Below, piece by piece: positions 61,801-64,000 of a DNA stretch of 64,000 nt; the first letter of the stretch is position 1, and each line of letters begins with the position of its first letter. The stretch comes from Lingula anatina. Taxonomy: Eukaryota > Animalia > Brachiopoda. The DNA is taken from contig CM120640.1 of the NCBI GenBank assembly GCA_051362555.1, forward strand, positions 14,694,001 through 14,758,000, written 5' to 3'. A model generated the notes under the pieces. The model was given only the letters and a program-made list of their open reading frames with translations. It was not told the origin of the DNA and made no database searches. Made by a program: the position numbers and the translations under genes.

Positions 61801-64000
61801 ATCAATTCTGCTTTGAAAAACTTTAGTTTAAATGAAAGCTAATAATAACAGGTAACATGAAAAATAAAGAAAAAATATTTATGAATCTTTTAATATTAAT
61901 TTAAAATTGCAATAACCACATTACATAAGGAGGTGACCTGAAAAAACCTACAAAGTGAAGCTACCTATTTTCACTACGTAAAATTTTTCTATGCAGAAAT
62001 AAACCAGTTTGGAGTAAAAAAATGTTTTAATAATTTCTCAGTGATTGCGAAAGCCGTCGGACCACGGCCATATGCCGGCAAAAATTCTGTGGGCTGGAAA
62101 ACCCTTTTAACTCATCGGCCCACCTGTCCGACGGACTAAAGTCGGTTTCTTTAACAGACACCTCGCCTCATATTTGAACTTATCGTAGAGCTCTAAGTAC
62201 GCACTGTGCGCAAGTAAAACTTTAACTTGCGCCATACTGGTGCGTACAAATAGCAAACACTATTTTTTGTAATAAAGGTCTATGTACATTTAATGTCGCT
62301 CGAAGTGTGCGTAGCGATGGTGTGAGGGCTGACATGTGACCCGTTTCACAAAAAATGTATCGAAACTGAAACAACTACAGGTCAATGAAAATCGTACTGC
62401 TCACGACTCTGAAAACAGGTCGCTCAAACTGCTTACGACAGGCCACGCGCGGACCTCTGAGAACACCTAACTACACGTGCTGGGTAAACAAGTATGGCTT
62501 CCGTCGGACTGCATGTTGAGTAAACGATAAGTGAAAAGGAGAAATATTCATTTGCTTTTTAGATGGGTGCTCTTAACTAATTTTAATGGATATTTAAGTA
62601 ATATTGCACCTTTAGCGGTGCTATATGTCAAAATGAGGGACAACATCATTTTCAATGCGGAAAATCCGCAATGGCACAGTCAGGGTGCAAAACTGTCCAT
62701 TATATTCATCTAAACGAACTAGCTTAGATATTGAATAAAGATTCTTTTCAGACTCTGGCCCGTACCCGGGGATGGTTCAGGGGTTTCGAAAGAACCGCCT
62801 CTTACGCTGACAAAAGGTCCACTCTTGGTAAAATTCTAGGTACATGGCGTTTTTATGGAAAAAGACCCTCCCCCTTCTAAAATTGCTGGCTACGGGCCTG
62901 CTATGAGAGCAATAGCTTTATTTTACAATAAAAATGGAATTTGTCTACCTTTTCCATGTAGTGCAATTATTTGGCATAGTGCAATTATCAATTCTGAAGA
63001 TTTTTTCATTAAATACTGTACAATTTTTTGGACAGTATGTTTATTTTGGAAGATTTTTCCACACACTACAATTATTTAGGACTTCAGAGTAGTAGCATCA
63101 AGCCTTTTTTCATTGAATTTAATCATATAAAAAATATTGAAATACAATGAATTTTCTTTAAATAATTCACGGCAGGCATTTTAAAAAAATGGCCAAGTGG
63201 TCCAAAATGGCCCGACCAGATTTTGACCCAGGACAATCCCTGCTAACAAACAGACAAGCATTTTTCCAAGAGTGAAAATCTAAAAAAAGTTAGATAAGTT
63301 GGAATCTCCACTTCACTATGACTTACATTTTAATTTTAGTCAAAAATTGGAATAAAATTTACAAAGGATACATGATCTTGTGTTAAAAGATTAGAAATTA
63401 AGATAAGCAACCCAGATATAAAAAGGATAAAACTTAAATGCCAGAAAGCAACCAAAATGAAAGACGTTTAAACTTAAACCTTTAAATATCCTATTACATC
63501 TGGCCTGAAAATTAAAAAGCAGCGATTTAAAATGCCAGACAATAATATTCATCAAAAATGAAGTGAAAATAAACAGCTTAATTATTTTGTTGTGGGCCGG
63601 TAAAAAAAGGTGTGGGCTGACAAAATTTAATTTGCTCCAGCCCACATGTCTGGTAAGTTTTCAATCTCTTTCGCAATCACTGATTTCTCTTAAAAATGCA
63701 AAAGTTAGGTCAATTATGTCATGCTTTTGTATGTCACCTGTACCCTCAACCTTCCTCCAGCTTCCCTCATCCTGCATCTTATCACAATCTCAGCCCCAAG
63801 TGGCCAACATATGGCCCTGTGAACAAAACTGTAATAAACTGCAGATTTATGAAGCTAAATGCCAGGCCCAGGAACCACAGAAAATTATAATATTATTAGT
63901 GCAAATATCTTCATTCATGTTCACTATACCTCTAATAATTTCCGGCACTACCCCAGTGTGCTGGCAGCTGATGCCTAGCTGTTCTTGGATAGCTGCTCCT
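52838..64000 (-). CDS. NOP56: Nucleolar protein 56 (box C/D snoRNP core protein), 5'-truncated by the window
   Basis: Exons >64000-63930, 61684-61486, 61198-61011, 60841-60690, 60413-60313, 54770-54622, 53814-53693, 53197-52838. Motifs: [111 protein letters not shown], and a K/E-rich tail. Confidence 0.98.
53891..54230. mobile_element. 340-bp TTAA-flanked non-autonomous DNA transposon (Kolobok-type termini)
   Basis: Perfect 12-bp TIR AGGGATAACAAC / GTTGTTATCCCT with TTAA on both sides (53887-53890, 54231-54234). A partial second copy lies at ~4900-5215. Confidence 0.8.
54267..54363. repeat. Short inverted repeat / MITE remnant
   Basis: CTGCAGGTCTG ... CAGACCTGCAG arms about 75 bp apart. Confidence 0.5.
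56375..56540 (+). mobile_element. LINE (L2/CR1-group) ORF2 C-terminal fragment nested in the Kolobok-like element
   Basis: Translates [37 protein letters not shown]...HHLLP, typical of the post-RT region of L2/CR1-group ORF2. Confidence 0.55.
58200..58620 (-). mobile_element. LINE (L2/CR1-group) 3' fragment nested in the Kolobok-like element
   Basis: Minus strand translates [21 protein letters not shown]...RALKIIFP with stops; LEYAC.VW is a hallmark of non-LTR RT C-termini. Confidence 0.75.
62039..63682. mobile_element. Non-autonomous hAT-like DNA transposon in a NOP56 intron
   Basis: Perfect 15-bp TIR CAGTGATTGCGAAAG / CTTTCGCAATCACTG. ATTTCT flanks both ends (partial target-site duplication). 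No transposase ORF. Confidence 0.75.
62755..62900. mobile_element. Short MITE nested in the hAT-like element
   Basis: Inverted termini CTGGCCCGTACCCG / CTGGCTACGGGCCTG. Confidence 0.6.

Overview
AT-rich, intron-containing animal DNA. The repeat content suggests an invertebrate, possibly a lophotrochozoan, but the taxon cannot be determined here. Six spliced protein-coding genes were reconstructed by hand from GT-AG boundaries and reading-frame continuity: (1) a fold-type II PLP serine/threonine dehydratase/racemase-like gene (minus, 8 coding exons); (2) head-to-head with it, MFSD12 (plus, 10 coding exons); (3) tail-to-tail with MFSD12, ARIH1/ariadne-1 (minus, 15 exons); (4) an unannotated ~900-aa low-complexity protein with a basic TP/SP-rich N-terminus, KxGS-like repeats, a long acidic region and a helical C-terminus (plus); (5) a small uncharacterised beta-rich protein with two candidate first exons (plus); (6) the 3' part of NOP56 (minus, runs off the window). 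Introns and intergenic DNA hold many DNA-transposon derivatives: a 5.2-kb decayed TTAA-flanked Kolobok-like element in NOP56, a short TTAA-flanked MITE, hAT-like and Harbinger-like MITEs, Helentron-like elements with internal tandem arrays, and LINE fragments. No rRNA, tRNA, CRISPR array or convincing snoRNA was seen. Family assignments come from recalled motifs, not database searches.
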